Origin: Planctomycetota bacterium
GTDB lineage: Bacteria > Planctomycetota > SZUA-567 > H5-PLA8
DNA length: 64,000 bases
Reading direction: 5' to 3'
Assembly (NCBI GenBank): GCA_038227875.1
Contig: JBBRPR010000051.1
Span: forward strand, 1-64,000
Under the pieces are notes generated by a model. That model was not told the origin of the DNA, made no database searches, and saw only the letters and a program-made list of their open reading frames with translations. How positions within the stretch are numbered: position 1 is the first letter of the stretch; each line of letters starts with the position of its first letter. Below are positions 28,479 through 42,708 of this stretch, piece by piece. Both the position numbers and the translations under genes were made by a program.

Positions 28479-29744
28479 CTAGACCCGGAAGTTCGTCTTC
28501 GCCGTCATCGCGCTCCGCGACATTCCTCTGGAGCGCCCCTTCTGGCGCGTCACGACGCGCGGTGAGCCGTCGACGTTGCGGATCTCCACGACCTGGCCGG
28601 ACTCGATCGACTGCTCCGCGCTGATGGAGATCGCCGCGCATTCCCGGCCGGCCGAGAAATCCGTCAGCGGCGCGCGCTTCTCGCGGATCGCGTTGACGAA
28701 TTCCCGCATCATTGCGCGGTCGCCGCCGCCGTGGCCGCCGGGACTGGCTTCGATGGTTTCATGCATGAGTTTCCGGGGGCGGTGCCGGAAGCTCAGGAAA
28801 ATCTCCTGCGGCCCGTTGTGCGGCGCGGCGACTTCGATCCGGCCCTTCGTCCCCACAAAGGAAAATTCGCGCACGTAATCCGGCGAGAAGTGCACTTCCG
28901 TGTACGAGAGCTTCGCGCCGCTCTCATACAGCACGTTCACCACCGAGTTGTCGCAGACATCGATCTCACGGCTGAAGGCGCAGGCGTCCGGCACTTTCAC
29001 GGGATTCTTCATGTAGTCGTAGCTGGCCACCGCTTCCATGCGTTCGGTGCAGTCCTTGAACTCATCGCAGCTTGAGCAGACTTTTTCCGGCGGTTCTTCG
29101 CCGCCGTAGTAATCCAGGCCGCCAAACGCGTGCACCTTTACCGGGCGCGAGTTGAGGATCCATGAAATGAAATCGAGCGAATGGCAGCCCTTCTGTAACA
29201 GCAGCCCGACGACATGCTTCTTGCGGCTCATCCAGCGGTGAAAATAGTAGTCGCCGCCGACCGAGACGTAATCCACGCAATGCGCAGTGAGCATTTCGCC
29301 TATCGTGCCGGCAGCAACCAGTTCGTGCACGCGCATCATCAGGTTGGTGTAGCGCATGCACAGGCCGACCATCTGTACCGTCTGCGTTTCGCCCGCATAG
29401 CCGTTCACCAGGCGGTCGCAATCAGCGACGGAAATCGCCAGCGGCTTCTCCACGAGTAGGTGCTTTTTGTAGGGGCGCATCGCCAGGGCGTTGTCGACGT
29501 GCTTGTCGTCCGGCGAGGCAATGAGCACGGCATCGACGTCGGCGCGCTTGCCGAGCGCATCGACATCCGTGGTGGCCGCGGCGTTCGGAAAGGTCTGCAG
29601 GCCTTTTTTCAGGCTGTTTTCGCTGACGTCGCAAAGCGCCGTGACGTGTCCAAAACCGCACTCCTGGAACTCCTGGGCCACGCCGATGCCTCGGCCGCCG
29701 CAGCCCAGCACCGCTAATCTCAAGCTATTGGATGAGTTAGACAC
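28479..29744 (-). CDS. Gfo/Idh/MocA family oxidoreductase
   Basis: GCGGRG, VEKPLA, KGCHSLD, GHGGGD. Confidence 0.92.
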   Translation of the reverse strand: MSNSSNSLRLAVLGCGGRGIGVAQEFQECGFGHVTALCDVSENSLKKGLQTFPNAAATTDVDALGKRADVDAVLIASPDDKHVDNALAMRPYKKHLLVEKPLAISVADCDRLVNGYAGETQTVQMVGLCMRYTNLMMRVHELVAAGTIGEMLTAHCVDYVSVGGDYYFHRWMSRKKHVVGLLLQKGCHSLDFISWILNSRPVKVHAFGGLDYYGGEEPPEKVCSSCDEFKDCTERMEAVASYDYMKNPVKVPDACAFSREIDVCDNSVVNVLYESGAKLSYTEVHFSPDYVREFSFVGTKGRIEVAAPHNGPQEIFLSFRHRPRKLMHETIEASPGGHGGGDRAMMREFVNAIREKRAPLTDFSAGRECAAISISAEQSIESGQVVEIRNVDGSPRVVTRQKGRSRGMSRSAMTAKTNFRV

Positions 29745-30014
29745 GGGTGAATCTCCGAGTGAGGAATTGACGGAAATGAGCAGATCCGAACAGTATCAAA
29801 TAAGGCTAGTGTAGTACATAGGAAATCACTTGAAAATATATCGATTGAGGTTGCAAACCTTGAAAGCGGCTTATATTGCAAAAGTGATTCGGGCGGAATT
29901 TTTCTAGTTACAGGCGAAAGATTTCGTCGTCCTTAGTACAGCCCACACACGTGCGGCACCCGTGCAATAGGCGTTCAAATCCAGGCTCGTTTTTGATTCG
30001 GGGGAATTGAAACA

Positions 30015-30344
30015 ATGCCAGCAGCCGACCTCAAACGCATGATCAAGTCGTTGAACGATGGCCGCGAGGGTGTGCGCCGCTTCGCCGTGCGCCGCCTGAC
30101 GGAAATTGGAGTGGAAGCGATCCCCGAATTACTTCTCGCCTTGGAACAGAAGCACGGCTTCTCGCACGACGGAGCGGTCGCGGCGCTGACGGCGATCGGC
30201 GCGCCGGCGATCCCGCTCCTGATCGAAGCGATGAACCACGAAAACCGCGAAGTCCGCTGGGGCGCGGCAGCCGTTCTCGGCGCGCTGCGTGAAGACGGCG
30301 CAAGAGCGGCGGTGGATGCGGCGGTGGCTGGAAGCGAAGCCTGA
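30015..30344 (+). CDS. Small HEAT-repeat protein
   Basis: Repeated VRxxAxxxLxxIGxxAIPxL units. Confidence 0.8.
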   Translation: MPAADLKRMIKSLNDGREGVRRFAVRRLTEIGVEAIPELLLALEQKHGFSHDGAVAALTAIGAPAIPLLIEAMNHENREVRWGAAAVLGALREDGARAAVDAAVAGSEA

Positions 30345-30353
30345 GTTAAGGCA

Positions 30354-30381
30354 ATTTTGAGTTTTGAATTTTTAGTTTTGA
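30354..30381. repeat. Heptamer repeat (RTTTTGA-like x4)
   Basis: ATTTTGA GTTTTGA ATTTTTA GTTTTGA just after the stop codon. Confidence 0.65.
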
Positions 30382-30391
30382 GTTGAACGGG

Positions 30392-30428
30392 GCCCGTACG
30401 CCTGTGCGCACGGGCTTTTTATTTTTTT
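30392..30428 (+). terminator. Intrinsic terminator
   Basis: GCCCGTACGC/GCGCACGGGC stem followed by a long T run. Confidence 0.75.
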
Positions 30429-30522
30429 ACGGTACCCTGGTACAAATTTGTACCGAGGTCAAAAAGCACCACTGCACTGCCTTCTTAGCTCGTCCATCTG
30501 CAACGCAACTCAAAACTACCGA

Positions 30523-31038
30523 TCACTTCACCACTTCCAACTCCACCGTCAGATTCCTCGCCCGCCAGACGAAGGCGAAATGTTTCTCCCACAGGTTCGG
30601 CAACAGCGCATACTGCAACTGGCCCATCTTATCCCACAGGCCGCTGCCGAAGCTCAAGTCCACCTGGATCGTTTTCATGCGCAGATTCGTGTAGCAGTGT
30701 TTGCTCTCGGTGTCGAAAAAGCTGAAGCTGCGGCGCGCGAAGTGGCGGGTGTGCGTGGGGTCTTCCCAGGAATTCAAACTGGAGAAATGCGGCGTGATGA
30801 TCTTCACCCGCGCGCCGTTGCGGCTGACGCGGTGCATCTCGTTCATGACGCCGACGAGATCCAGCAGATGTTCGAGGACGTGCGAGCAGACGATATTGTC
30901 GAAGCGGTTGGCTTCCAGCGGCCACGGCAGCTTGTTCAGATCGTGGACGATGTCCACGCCGGGCGCCGGAAGAATATCAATGCCGATCGAACCAGGCGTT
31001 TTGCTCTGGCCGCAGCCAATGTCCAGGGTTTCGCTCAT
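30523..31038 (-). CDS. Class I SAM-dependent methyltransferase
   Basis: LDIGCG, HDLNKLPWP, SHVLEHL, DPTHTRHF; start MSETLD at 31038. Confidence 0.88.
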   Translation of the reverse strand: MSETLDIGCGQSKTPGSIGIDILPAPGVDIVHDLNKLPWPLEANRFDNIVCSHVLEHLLDLVGVMNEMHRVSRNGARVKIITPHFSSLNSWEDPTHTRHFARRSFSFFDTESKHCYTNLRMKTIQVDLSFGSGLWDKMGQLQYALLPNLWEKHFAFVWRARNLTVELEVVK

Positions 31039-31191
31039 TGCGGGGAGGATAATAGCGCGTCGAGGCGGAACGTCGAGCGGAAGGAGCGGGCGCGGCCACA
31101 ATCCGCGGCCGCCGGTTTTGGATTTCTCATTTATCTTTTCCCGCACTGCTTCATAATCCCCACTTCCATCTTCAACAGATAACGAGGACTC

Positions 31192-32520
31192 ATGAAAACC
31201 GACGCGATCAAAAAGCCGAAGAAACCCCGCACCACGCGCCGCTCGACAGCCGCGTTTCAACAGGCCAGCAAACTTTTTCCGGGCGGCGTGAATTCGCCCG
31301 TGCGGTCGTGGAAGAGCGTCGGGGGCGAACCGTTTTTCGTGATGGAAGCCAAAGGCGCGGAGCTGATCGATCTCGACGGCAATCATTACGTCGACTTCAT
31401 CGGCTCATGGGGCCCGATGATCCTGGGACACTGCCCGTCGAAAGTCGTCGCGGCGGTGCGCAAGCAGGCGCTCAAGGGCAGCAGCTTCGGTGCGCCGACG
31501 GAACTGGAATCGCGGCTGGCGCTGAAAGTGCAGTCGTTCTTTCCGTCGATGGAGAAGATGCGCTTCGTCTCGTCGGGCACGGAAGCGTGCATGCATGTCC
31601 TGCGCGTCGCTCGCGGCTTCACCGGCCGTGAGAAGATTCTCAAATTCGATGGCTGCTACCACGGCGCATCCGATCCGGTGCTGGTGAAGGCCGGCTCCGG
31701 CGTCGCGACGCTGGGGCTGCCCGATTCCGCCGGCGTCCCCGCGGCGTCGGCGTCCAATACGCTTACGGCGGAATTTAACAACCTCGAGCAGGCTCGCGCG
31801 ATTCTTTCGAGCAACGAAATCGCCGCGGTGATTCTAGAACCGGTCGTCGGCAACGCCGGCGCCATCGCGCCGAAGCCCGGCTTTCTCGAAGGCCTCGCCG
31901 CCGCCGCGAAAGCCGCGGGCGCGCTGCTGATATTCGACGAAGTGATGACCGGCTTCCGCCTGTCGCGCGGAGGAGCTCAGGAAAAATACGGCATCAAGCC
32001 CGACCTCACGACGCTGGGCAAAATTCTTGGCGGCGGGTTGCCCTGCGCCGCGTACGGCGGGCGCGCGGAGATCATGGACAAGATCGCACCGCTGGGGCCC
32101 GTCTACCAGGCCGGCACGCTCTCCGGTAATCCGCTGGCGATGGCCGCCGGTCTGGCCACGCTCGAAGCGCTGAACGAAAAAGGATTTTACGCGTCGCTCG
32201 AGAAAATTTCGGCCGAGATCGAAGCCCTCATCCGCGCCGAAGCGAAATCCGCAGGCTGGGCCGACCGCATCTGCCTCAACCGCACGGGCAGCATGTTCAC
32301 GCTCTTTTTCTGCGCCGGTCCGGTGAACAGCTACACCGATGCGAAGCTGGCTGATGCGAAAATTTACGCGCGCTTTTTCCGCGCGCTGCTGGAAGGTGGC
32401 GTCTACTTTCCACCCAGCCAGTACGAAGCGGCGTTCATCAACGTGAAGATGGACCGCAAGATCATCAAGCGTGTCCGTCAAGCTGTGGCGGCGGCCTTCG
32501 CCACGCTGAATGCGGAGTAA
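31192..32520 (+). CDS. hemL: Glutamate-1-semialdehyde 2,1-aminomutase
   Basis: PGGVNSPVR, SWGP, SSGTEA, GCYHG, FDEVMTGFR, LGKILGGGLP, YQAGTLSGNP. Confidence 0.97.
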   Translation: MKTDAIKKPKKPRTTRRSTAAFQQASKLFPGGVNSPVRSWKSVGGEPFFVMEAKGAELIDLDGNHYVDFIGSWGPMILGHCPSKVVAAVRKQALKGSSFGAPTELESRLALKVQSFFPSMEKMRFVSSGTEACMHVLRVARGFTGREKILKFDGCYHGASDPVLVKAGSGVATLGLPDSAGVPAASASNTLTAEFNNLEQARAILSSNEIAAVILEPVVGNAGAIAPKPGFLEGLAAAAKAAGALLIFDEVMTGFRLSRGGAQEKYGIKPDLTTLGKILGGGLPCAAYGGRAEIMDKIAPLGPVYQAGTLSGNPLAMAAGLATLEALNEKGFYASLEKISAEIEALIRAEAKSAGWADRICLNRTGSMFTLFFCAGPVNSYTDAKLADAKIYARFFRALLEGGVYFPPSQYEAAFINVKMDRKIIKRVRQAVAAAFATLNAE

Positions 32521-32524
32521 TTCG

Positions 32525-32929
32525 ATGTCGGCCGTGCGCAAAATCCAGGTTCAGACGAAGAACCACGCGGAGTTCCGCGAGATCACCGCCGACGTCGAAG
32601 CCTGCGTCGCGGCCTCGGGTGTGAAGTCGGGCGTGGTCACGGTCTTCGTGCCGCACACGACGGCGGGGCTGACGATCAACGAGAACGCCGATCCCGATGT
32701 GAAGGCCGACATGCTCGAATCGCTGGAGAAAATGGTGCCGTGGAAGCAGCCCCACTTTCAGCACGGGGAAGGCAACTCCGCGGCGCACATTAAGGCGAGT
32801 ATGATGGGCTTTTCGACCACGATTCTGATCGACGACGGCAAACTCGCGCTCGGTACGTGGCAGGGCATTTACCTCTGCGAATTCGACGGCCCGCGCACGC
32901 GGCAGGTGTGGGTGCGCGTCACCGAGTAG
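32525..32929 (+). CDS. yjbQ: YjbQ family protein (UPF0047)
   Basis: PHTTAGLTINENADPDV, GNSAAHIKAS, LGTWQGIYLCEFDGPR. Confidence 0.93.
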   Translation: MSAVRKIQVQTKNHAEFREITADVEACVAASGVKSGVVTVFVPHTTAGLTINENADPDVKADMLESLEKMVPWKQPHFQHGEGNSAAHIKASMMGFSTTILIDDGKLALGTWQGIYLCEFDGPRTRQVWVRVTE

Positions 32930-33076
32930 CCTAAAATTTGCCGCTTCTAACTCCTCACTGACAACGGGATTCGGCAAAATCGTCCTGATCTCGGGAATTA
33001 TGTGTATCCGTGGCCACCTAGAGAAATTACGAATATTCGGCGTCGCTTTTCTCGCGCCGCCACTAAAGGAGGTTCC

Positions 33077-35409
33077 ATGTTTACGCACAGACGCACCCCG
33101 CTGGGAAGCTCAGCAGCACTGGTGATTGCGATATGTATGGGGCTGTGCAGTGCGGCTGCGCACGCGGCAACGCCGGAAATTTCAAGCGTGTCAACGCGGC
33201 GTTCTCGTACACCATCACCGGGACGAACTCGCCGACCAGTTTCAACGCTTCGAATTTTCCCACCGGCACTCTCTGGGGTGTGAACACCTCCACGGGCGTC
33301 ATCAGCGGCACACCCAACGCGGTGGGCAATTATAATATCGCGATCAGCGCGACCAACGGCAGCGGCACCACGAACGCGACGCTGGTGCTCACGGTTTACG
33401 ATCCCAACGTCGGCGGCGCGCCGGTGATCAGCAGCGACACGGCGTTCAGCATGGTCGTGAACACAGCGGCCGCGAATGTCTACGCGATTACGGCGACGAA
33501 TACGCCGACGAGTTTCGGCGCGACGGGATTGCCCGCGGGACTTTCGGTCAACGCAAGCACCGGCGTGATCTCCGCCGCGGCAAGCACCGCGGCCGCCGGC
33601 CAGTACACGATCACGGTGACGGCCAGCAACGCGTCGGGAACGGGCAGCCAATCGGTGGTCGTGGTGATCAATCCCAGCGCCGGCGCGCCGGTGATTTCAT
33701 CGCAAGCGTTTGATCAGGAAAATGCAAATGCGTCTCCGCCGCTGGCACCCATCGTCGCTTCAGGCTCGCCGGTAAGTTACAACGCCACGGGTTTGCCGAC
33801 GGGGGTGACGCTGAACACGTCGACCGGCGTTTTCTCGGGTTCAAATCCAGGAACAATCTGGGCTCTGGCAACATATTTCGCCACGGACGCGCTAGGCCGC
33901 ACGGGCGTGAAGACCGTGCTGATTCAAATTTTCCCCGTGCAGCCTCCAGCGAATGTCACCAGCGCTCAGCCGCCGGTGGGCACCGTGGGCAAGCCGTACA
34001 GCTATCAGATGACTGTCGATGCCACCGGCACGACATTCAACGCTGTGGGTCTGCTCAGCGGACTGACGATGAATTCCGCGACGGGGTTGATCTCCGGCAC
34101 GCCCACGGCGTCCGGTCAGTTCACGGTGACCTTAAGCTCAACGCTCGCGTTTGGCCGATCGGGCCAGACCGGTGCGCTGCCAAAAACGATCGTGATCAAT
34201 CCCGCGCCGCCGGACATCACCAGCACCACCGCGGTCTCGGGAACGGTGGGCACGCCGCTGACCTACCAGATCATCGCGACGGGAAGCCCGTCGGGCTTCG
34301 GCGCTACGGGACTGCCGCCGGGTTTGACCGTCGACGCCACCGGCCTGATCAGCGGCACGCCGACGGCCGCCGGCACATTCCCGGTGACGGTCAGTGCGTC
34401 GAAGGCCGGACAGACCGGCACCACGACGGTGACGTTCACCATCGCACTGCCAAACACGCCGATCATCACCAGCGCGTTCACCGCGGCGGCGTCCAAGGGT
34501 TCCGCCTTCACATATCAACTGACGGCGACTGGCGTCGGCCCGATCACGCTGGCCGTCTCAAACTTGCCTGCGGGATTGACCTTCAGCGGCAGCACTATCT
34601 CCGGCACGCCGACGGTGGCCGGCCAGGTCTTCGTCTTACTGATGGCCACGAATCTCGGCGGCACCACGACCATCCCGCTGCAACTGAACATCGCGGGACC
34701 TCCCGGCGACACGGCACCGGTTTTCGTTTCACCGCCGTCGGCCACGCCTAATCCTGTCATCGCTGGAAACGCGGTGACGCTCTCGGCTTCCGCCAGCGAT
34801 CCGGAAGGAGATCTGGTCGGCTTCTCGTGGGATTTTGGCGATGGCCTCTCCGGCATCGGCAGCAGCGTCACGCATGTCTACACGGCCGCGGGACTCTACA
34901 CGGCCAAGGTGACGATCAGCGACGGCACGCTGACCGATTCGCGCACGATCAGTATCGGCGTCAACGATCCGGCCGCGCCGATGGAGACATTCACAGTGTC
35001 GAAGACGTCGATCCACTTCAATTTCAAGAAGCAGAATCAGGATACGCTGATGCTTTCCGGAACCGTGACGCTGCCGGCCGGCTTTACGCTGTCGACCAAG
35101 AAAGTCATCGTCGGCATTGGCGGCCTGCAGAAGAGTTTCGTGCTCAGCTCTCACGGCAAGAGCGGCGACGCCAGCTCGTCGTTCACGCTGACGCTCAGCA
35201 AGAAAGGCGCGTCGAAATACAGCATGAACTTGAAGAAGCAGGCGCTCTTCGCGTCGCTTCAGGGACTGGGTTTTACCAACGCCGACCTCAAGCGCCCGGG
35301 AACGCAGTTGAGTTTCCCGGTGGCGGTGAGCATCGATGGCGTCACCAATACCGCGACGGTAAAGGTGACATACACCGCATCCAAGGGCAAGTCCGGCGCG
35401 GCGAAGTAG
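33077..35409 (+). pseudogene. Secreted putative-Ig repeat + PKD protein, frameshifted just after the signal peptide (real lesion or sequence error)
   Basis: AAGGAGG RBS, ATG 33077 and signal peptide ending AAHA-ATPEISS in one frame; Ig repeats (GLPxGLxxxxxTGxISGTP), PKD and C-terminal domain in another frame from 33190. Confidence 0.8.
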
Positions 35410-35410
35410 C

Positions 35411-38986
<3,576 letters not shown>

Positions 38987-39150
38987 TTATTTGCGAATGA
39001 AATCTGGATGTCAATCAAGCTGAATATGGCGAAGATCCAAAGGGCAAATCTAAGGCGTGTTGTACTTTTTACTACTCTTATTAAGACGAAAAAATAAAGC
39101 GTACCAGCAGAGCTGGCACGCCCTTTTTGATCTCCACCAATCTATCTACA

Positions 39151-39879
39151 TTACAAATCGAGCGGCCCCGCCACGTCGTCGGCGTCGAGCCGATAGATGC
39201 TCATCACTTCGCCGTTTTCCATCTGTTCGCCGACCTGGAGCGTGCCGAAAATCGTGACGGGCTGGTCGCCGATGAACTTGGTGGTCTTGTCGCCGACCAT
39301 TTTCACGCTCACCCATTCGTTCATGCGCGGCGTGCGGCCGAAACAGCAGACGGAGCGGTCTTTCACGATCAGAAATGTTTTGGCGGCGCCCTTGTCGAGC
39401 TTGATGGGAATCATGAATCCCTGGATCGACGCCTTCTTGCCATTGAGCGCGCGCACGGGCGCGGGGATCTGATCCTTGGGGCGCTTGGCGCCGTCCGAAT
39501 TGGCGTCGGCGGCGGCTTCGGGCTTCTTGGGATCGACCGCGTCGGGTATTTCGTAGTAGTAGCCGCTGAGCGTATCGAACGTGACGGGGAGGTAATCGCC
39601 GTCGCCCGGCGGCTTGGCCGCTGGTGTCGACGTTGCCGTAGCCGGAGCCGTCGTGGTGGGACCGCCGGCCGCCGGCTGCGATGGTCCGACGATCGGCGCG
39701 CCGCGCGGGACATCCTGCGTGGCTGTCTGCGTGCCGGCTTCGGGCGCGCGATTGCCGGAGAGCATAAACGTCACCGACGCGCCGAGCGCCAGGCAGCCGA
39801 TCACACCCAGTGCGATCCAGATGTCCGATTTGCCGGATCCGGTTCCCGTGCTTCCAGGGGTTGAATTAGCATCTGTCAT
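39151..39879 (-). CDS. DUF3299-like membrane-anchored protein
   Basis: N-terminal TM; LNGKKASIQGFMIP, FLIV...CCFG..P..NEWV.. Confidence 0.75.
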   Translation of the reverse strand: MTDANSTPGSTGTGSGKSDIWIALGVIGCLALGASVTFMLSGNRAPEAGTQTATQDVPRGAPIVGPSQPAAGGPTTTAPATATSTPAAKPPGDGDYLPVTFDTLSGYYYEIPDAVDPKKPEAAADANSDGAKRPKDQIPAPVRALNGKKASIQGFMIPIKLDKGAAKTFLIVKDRSVCCFGRTPRMNEWVSVKMVGDKTTKFIGDQPVTIFGTLQVGEQMENGEVMSIYRLDADDVAGPLDL

Positions 39880-39943
39880 GATTGGCACCTTTCAGAGATC
39901 ACCTGTTAGTGTATGTCGCCAGGGTCGAGAAATCATCATCCAC

Positions 39944-40414
39944 TTACTTCTTTGGTTCGTCTTTCTTGGACGTCGGCGCTTCTTCGTTGCCCTTCGGAAA
40001 ATTGAATTTCACGTCTTTGAAGTTCGTGCCACGCGTGATGATGTCCTTGATTGCGCCGTCAAATTGCGTGACGCCTTTCAAGCTGTCTGACTGTGCTGAG
40101 AACTCCGACGTATCGCCGGGCGCTTCACCGGAAAGCGGGCTGCCCTGCGCCTTCAGCGTAAGCGTCTCCAGACCCTTGACGCCCGTGATCGTGATGACGA
40201 TCTCCAATTGTTTCAGGCGTACGGCCTTCTCGGCTTCGCCATCGAGCGCATAGGCCGACAGCTTTCCTGTCGCGCCGTCGAGCACCAGTTCGAAATGGGC
40301 GAACTCTTCGCCGAATTCGACGAGTGTACCTTTGTGAGGCGCATGATGTTCGTGAGCGGCGACGCTGGTTGCCGCGATGAGACAGGCAATGAGGAACGAC
40401 AGCTTTTGATTCAT
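39944..40414 (-). CDS. Secreted His-rich putative metal-binding protein
   Basis: Signal peptide followed by HEHHAPHKG...AHFELV. Confidence 0.7.
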   Translation of the reverse strand: MNQKLSFLIACLIAATSVAAHEHHAPHKGTLVEFGEEFAHFELVLDGATGKLSAYALDGEAEKAVRLKQLEIVITITGVKGLETLTLKAQGSPLSGEAPGDTSEFSAQSDSLKGVTQFDGAIKDIITRGTNFKDVKFNFPKGNEEAPTSKKDEPKK

Positions 40415-40443
40415 GTTAAATTCCCTTTCCAATTTGAAATGAC

Positions 40444-41700
40444 CTAGCTCACTGGCGCGAGATTCGTCGCGACATCCGTCCCGTAGGCTTTAAACGCCGG
40501 CACAAGACCGGCCAGCGTGCCCATCGCGATCATGCCGGCGGGACCATAAATCAACACGGGATGGAGCTGAAACGGGTCGAGCACCACGCCGGTTTGCGCG
40601 CGGACGATTACGGCGGCGGTGTAGAGGATCACGCCGTAGACGACAAATCCCAGCGCGCTGCCCAGCGCCGAGATGCTCGCGGCTTCCAACACGATTGCGG
40701 AGAAGACCGTCGTGCGCCGCGCGCCCAGCGCGCGCAGAATCGCAAACTCGCGGCGGCGTTCGTTCATCGTGTTGTAGATGCTCGCGAGAATCGATCCCGC
40801 CGCGACCACGACGACCAGGTACGCAACCATCTCCAGCACCTTGTCCATCCAGCCGATCTTGTCGAAGAGATCGGCGATCGACTGCGCAATCGGCCAGGCC
40901 AGCGTGTACTTTCCGCCGCGGTTGACCGTCTGCTTGAAATTCATGCCCGCCTGCGGATTGGTGAACTTCAACATCACCGCGCTGATTTCGCGATCGTCAT
41001 CCGGAATCAGCTGATCGGCTTTTGGCGCGTAGCGTTCACCCGTGGCCGCGTTGGTCGCGTAGTGTCCGGGCATCTGCCAGATCCCGGCGATGGGAATCCA
41101 GACCACGCGGTCGGAGGGGCTATTGGTTGGTTCCATGATGCCAACGACCGTGTATTCGACGTTGTGCTTATCATCCGGATTGAAGGCGAAGCCATGGTAC
41201 GGATTGAATTTGCTGCCGATCACCAGCCCGGTTTTCTGCGCCGCGAAACTCCCAATGATTGCTTCGCGCGAATCGTTGTAGAAGACGCGCCCCTGCTGCA
41301 GCGCGAACTTCTTACCGTCCTGGTATTCGAACTTCGTGAACATCTCGTCGGTGGTGCCGACGATGCGGTAGCCGAGGTAATTGTCGCCCACCGCGTACGG
41401 TACCGCCAGCTTCACAGAAGGCTGCGCTTTCATGTACGTAAACATCGAATACGGAATATTTCCCGGCGACGTCTCAAGATGGAAGACCGTGTTCAACACG
41501 AGCTGCAGATCGCTGCCGCGCGCACCGAGGACGGCGTCGAAACCAATCGGCCCCCCTGTGAACGCGTCGTGCGTCTGCGTCTTGACGGAGAACACCCCCA
41601 TCACCAGCCCGCACGCCAGCGCCGCGGAAACAACGGTCACGGCGGTGGAGAGCGCGTGCTGCTTGAGACTGCGTGAGACGATCATGACTATGCCGGACAT
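40444..41700 (-). CDS. ABC transporter permease (MacB/FtsX-like)
   Basis: GARGSDLQLVLNTVFH, GDNYLGYRIVGTT, NERRREFAILRALGA. Confidence 0.9.
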   Translation of the reverse strand: MSGIVMIVSRSLKQHALSTAVTVVSAALACGLVMGVFSVKTQTHDAFTGGPIGFDAVLGARGSDLQLVLNTVFHLETSPGNIPYSMFTYMKAQPSVKLAVPYAVGDNYLGYRIVGTTDEMFTKFEYQDGKKFALQQGRVFYNDSREAIIGSFAAQKTGLVIGSKFNPYHGFAFNPDDKHNVEYTVVGIMEPTNSPSDRVVWIPIAGIWQMPGHYATNAATGERYAPKADQLIPDDDREISAVMLKFTNPQAGMNFKQTVNRGGKYTLAWPIAQSIADLFDKIGWMDKVLEMVAYLVVVVAAGSILASIYNTMNERRREFAILRALGARRTTVFSAIVLEAASISALGSALGFVVYGVILYTAAVIVRAQTGVVLDPFQLHPVLIYGPAGMIAMGTLAGLVPAFKAYGTDVATNLAPVS

Positions 41701-41747
41701 GGACGACTCCGAATTCAAAATAAAAATTAATAAACGCACGCGACTAC

Positions 41748-41887
41748 TGGTGCCACGGATGCGTGAATTTCTGAGCGTAGCGAAGAAGTTCACTCATCCG
41801 TGCGTTGCGCCTTCCCATTTCCTTGTCTCCCGCACGGATGAACGGACGCTTTCGCTACGCTCAAGCGCCCGCGCATCCGTGGCACCA
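41748..41887. repeat. REPIN-like 140-bp inverted repeat doublet
   Basis: Perfect pairs 41748-63/41872-87, 41772-84/41851-63 and 41794-804/41831-41. Confidence 0.85.
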
Positions 41888-41897
41888 ATCGACTTGC

Positions 41898-42569
41898 CTA
41901 ATTCCTCGCCGCCGCATTTATTTTCACCAGATCCGCCACGTTCTCGAACTGCGCCAGGACCTCACGATCATGACTCACGAGCAGCAACGCCGAGCCCGTG
42001 TCCTTGCAGACTTCACGGATCAGCGTCAGCGCCTCGGCGGCGTTGCGGTGATCAAGGTTGCCGGTGGGCTCGTCGGCGAGCACAAGCTTGGGCGTGTTCG
42101 CCAGAGCGCGCGCCACGGCTACGCGTTGCTGCTGGCCGACGGACATCTGGCGTGGCCGGTGATTCATGCGATCCTTCAGGCCGACGCGTTCGAGCAACTC
42201 TTTGGCGCGCGTGCGGTCAGGGCCCGGGCCGAACATCATGCCCAGCAGCACATTTTCGAGCGCGGTGTAGCCCTGCAGCAGATTGAACGTCTGAAAGACG
42301 TAGCCCATCGAATTCGCGCGCACCTGGTCGCGCTGCGATTCGGAGAGCGCCGAAAGATTCTGCCCGGCGATGCGCACTTCTCCGGCGTCGGCTTGCAGGA
42401 TGCCGGCGATCAGATTCAGGAACGTCGTCTTGCCCGAACCGCTTGACCCTTGCAGCGCCATCTGCTGGCCTTCAAGAAGTTCAAAACGCGGCACGTCGAC
42501 AACCTGCGTCCGTTCGCCATCGGGAGAGATGAAGCTCTTCTTCAAATCGATCACTTCAAGCACAGGCAT
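41898..42569 (-). CDS. ABC transporter ATP-binding protein (LolD/MacB-like)
   Basis: Walker [45 protein letters not shown]. Confidence 0.95.
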   Translation of the reverse strand: MPVLEVIDLKKSFISPDGERTQVVDVPRFELLEGQQMALQGSSGSGKTTFLNLIAGILQADAGEVRIAGQNLSALSESQRDQVRANSMGYVFQTFNLLQGYTALENVLLGMMFGPGPDRTRAKELLERVGLKDRMNHRPRQMSVGQQQRVAVARALANTPKLVLADEPTGNLDHRNAAEALTLIREVCKDTGSALLLVSHDREVLAQFENVADLVKINAAARN

Positions 42570-42708
42570 GCGCTTTAATTCCTTTGGATTGAGTCGCCGG
42601 TCGCGCGACATCGTGTCGCGCAACGCTGAATCGGAATTCAGTCTGCAGGCGCGAACGAAATATCACGGTCTTCGGACAATTTAGAATGTGGGTCGAACGG
42701 AGTGTGAC

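Noticed and set aside
29845..29990. Possible c-di-GMP-I riboswitch (GCAAACC..GAAA) upstream of the HEAT gene
   Set aside because: The downstream GGGACGCAAAGC core and second stem are absent; an Rfam cmscan would settle it
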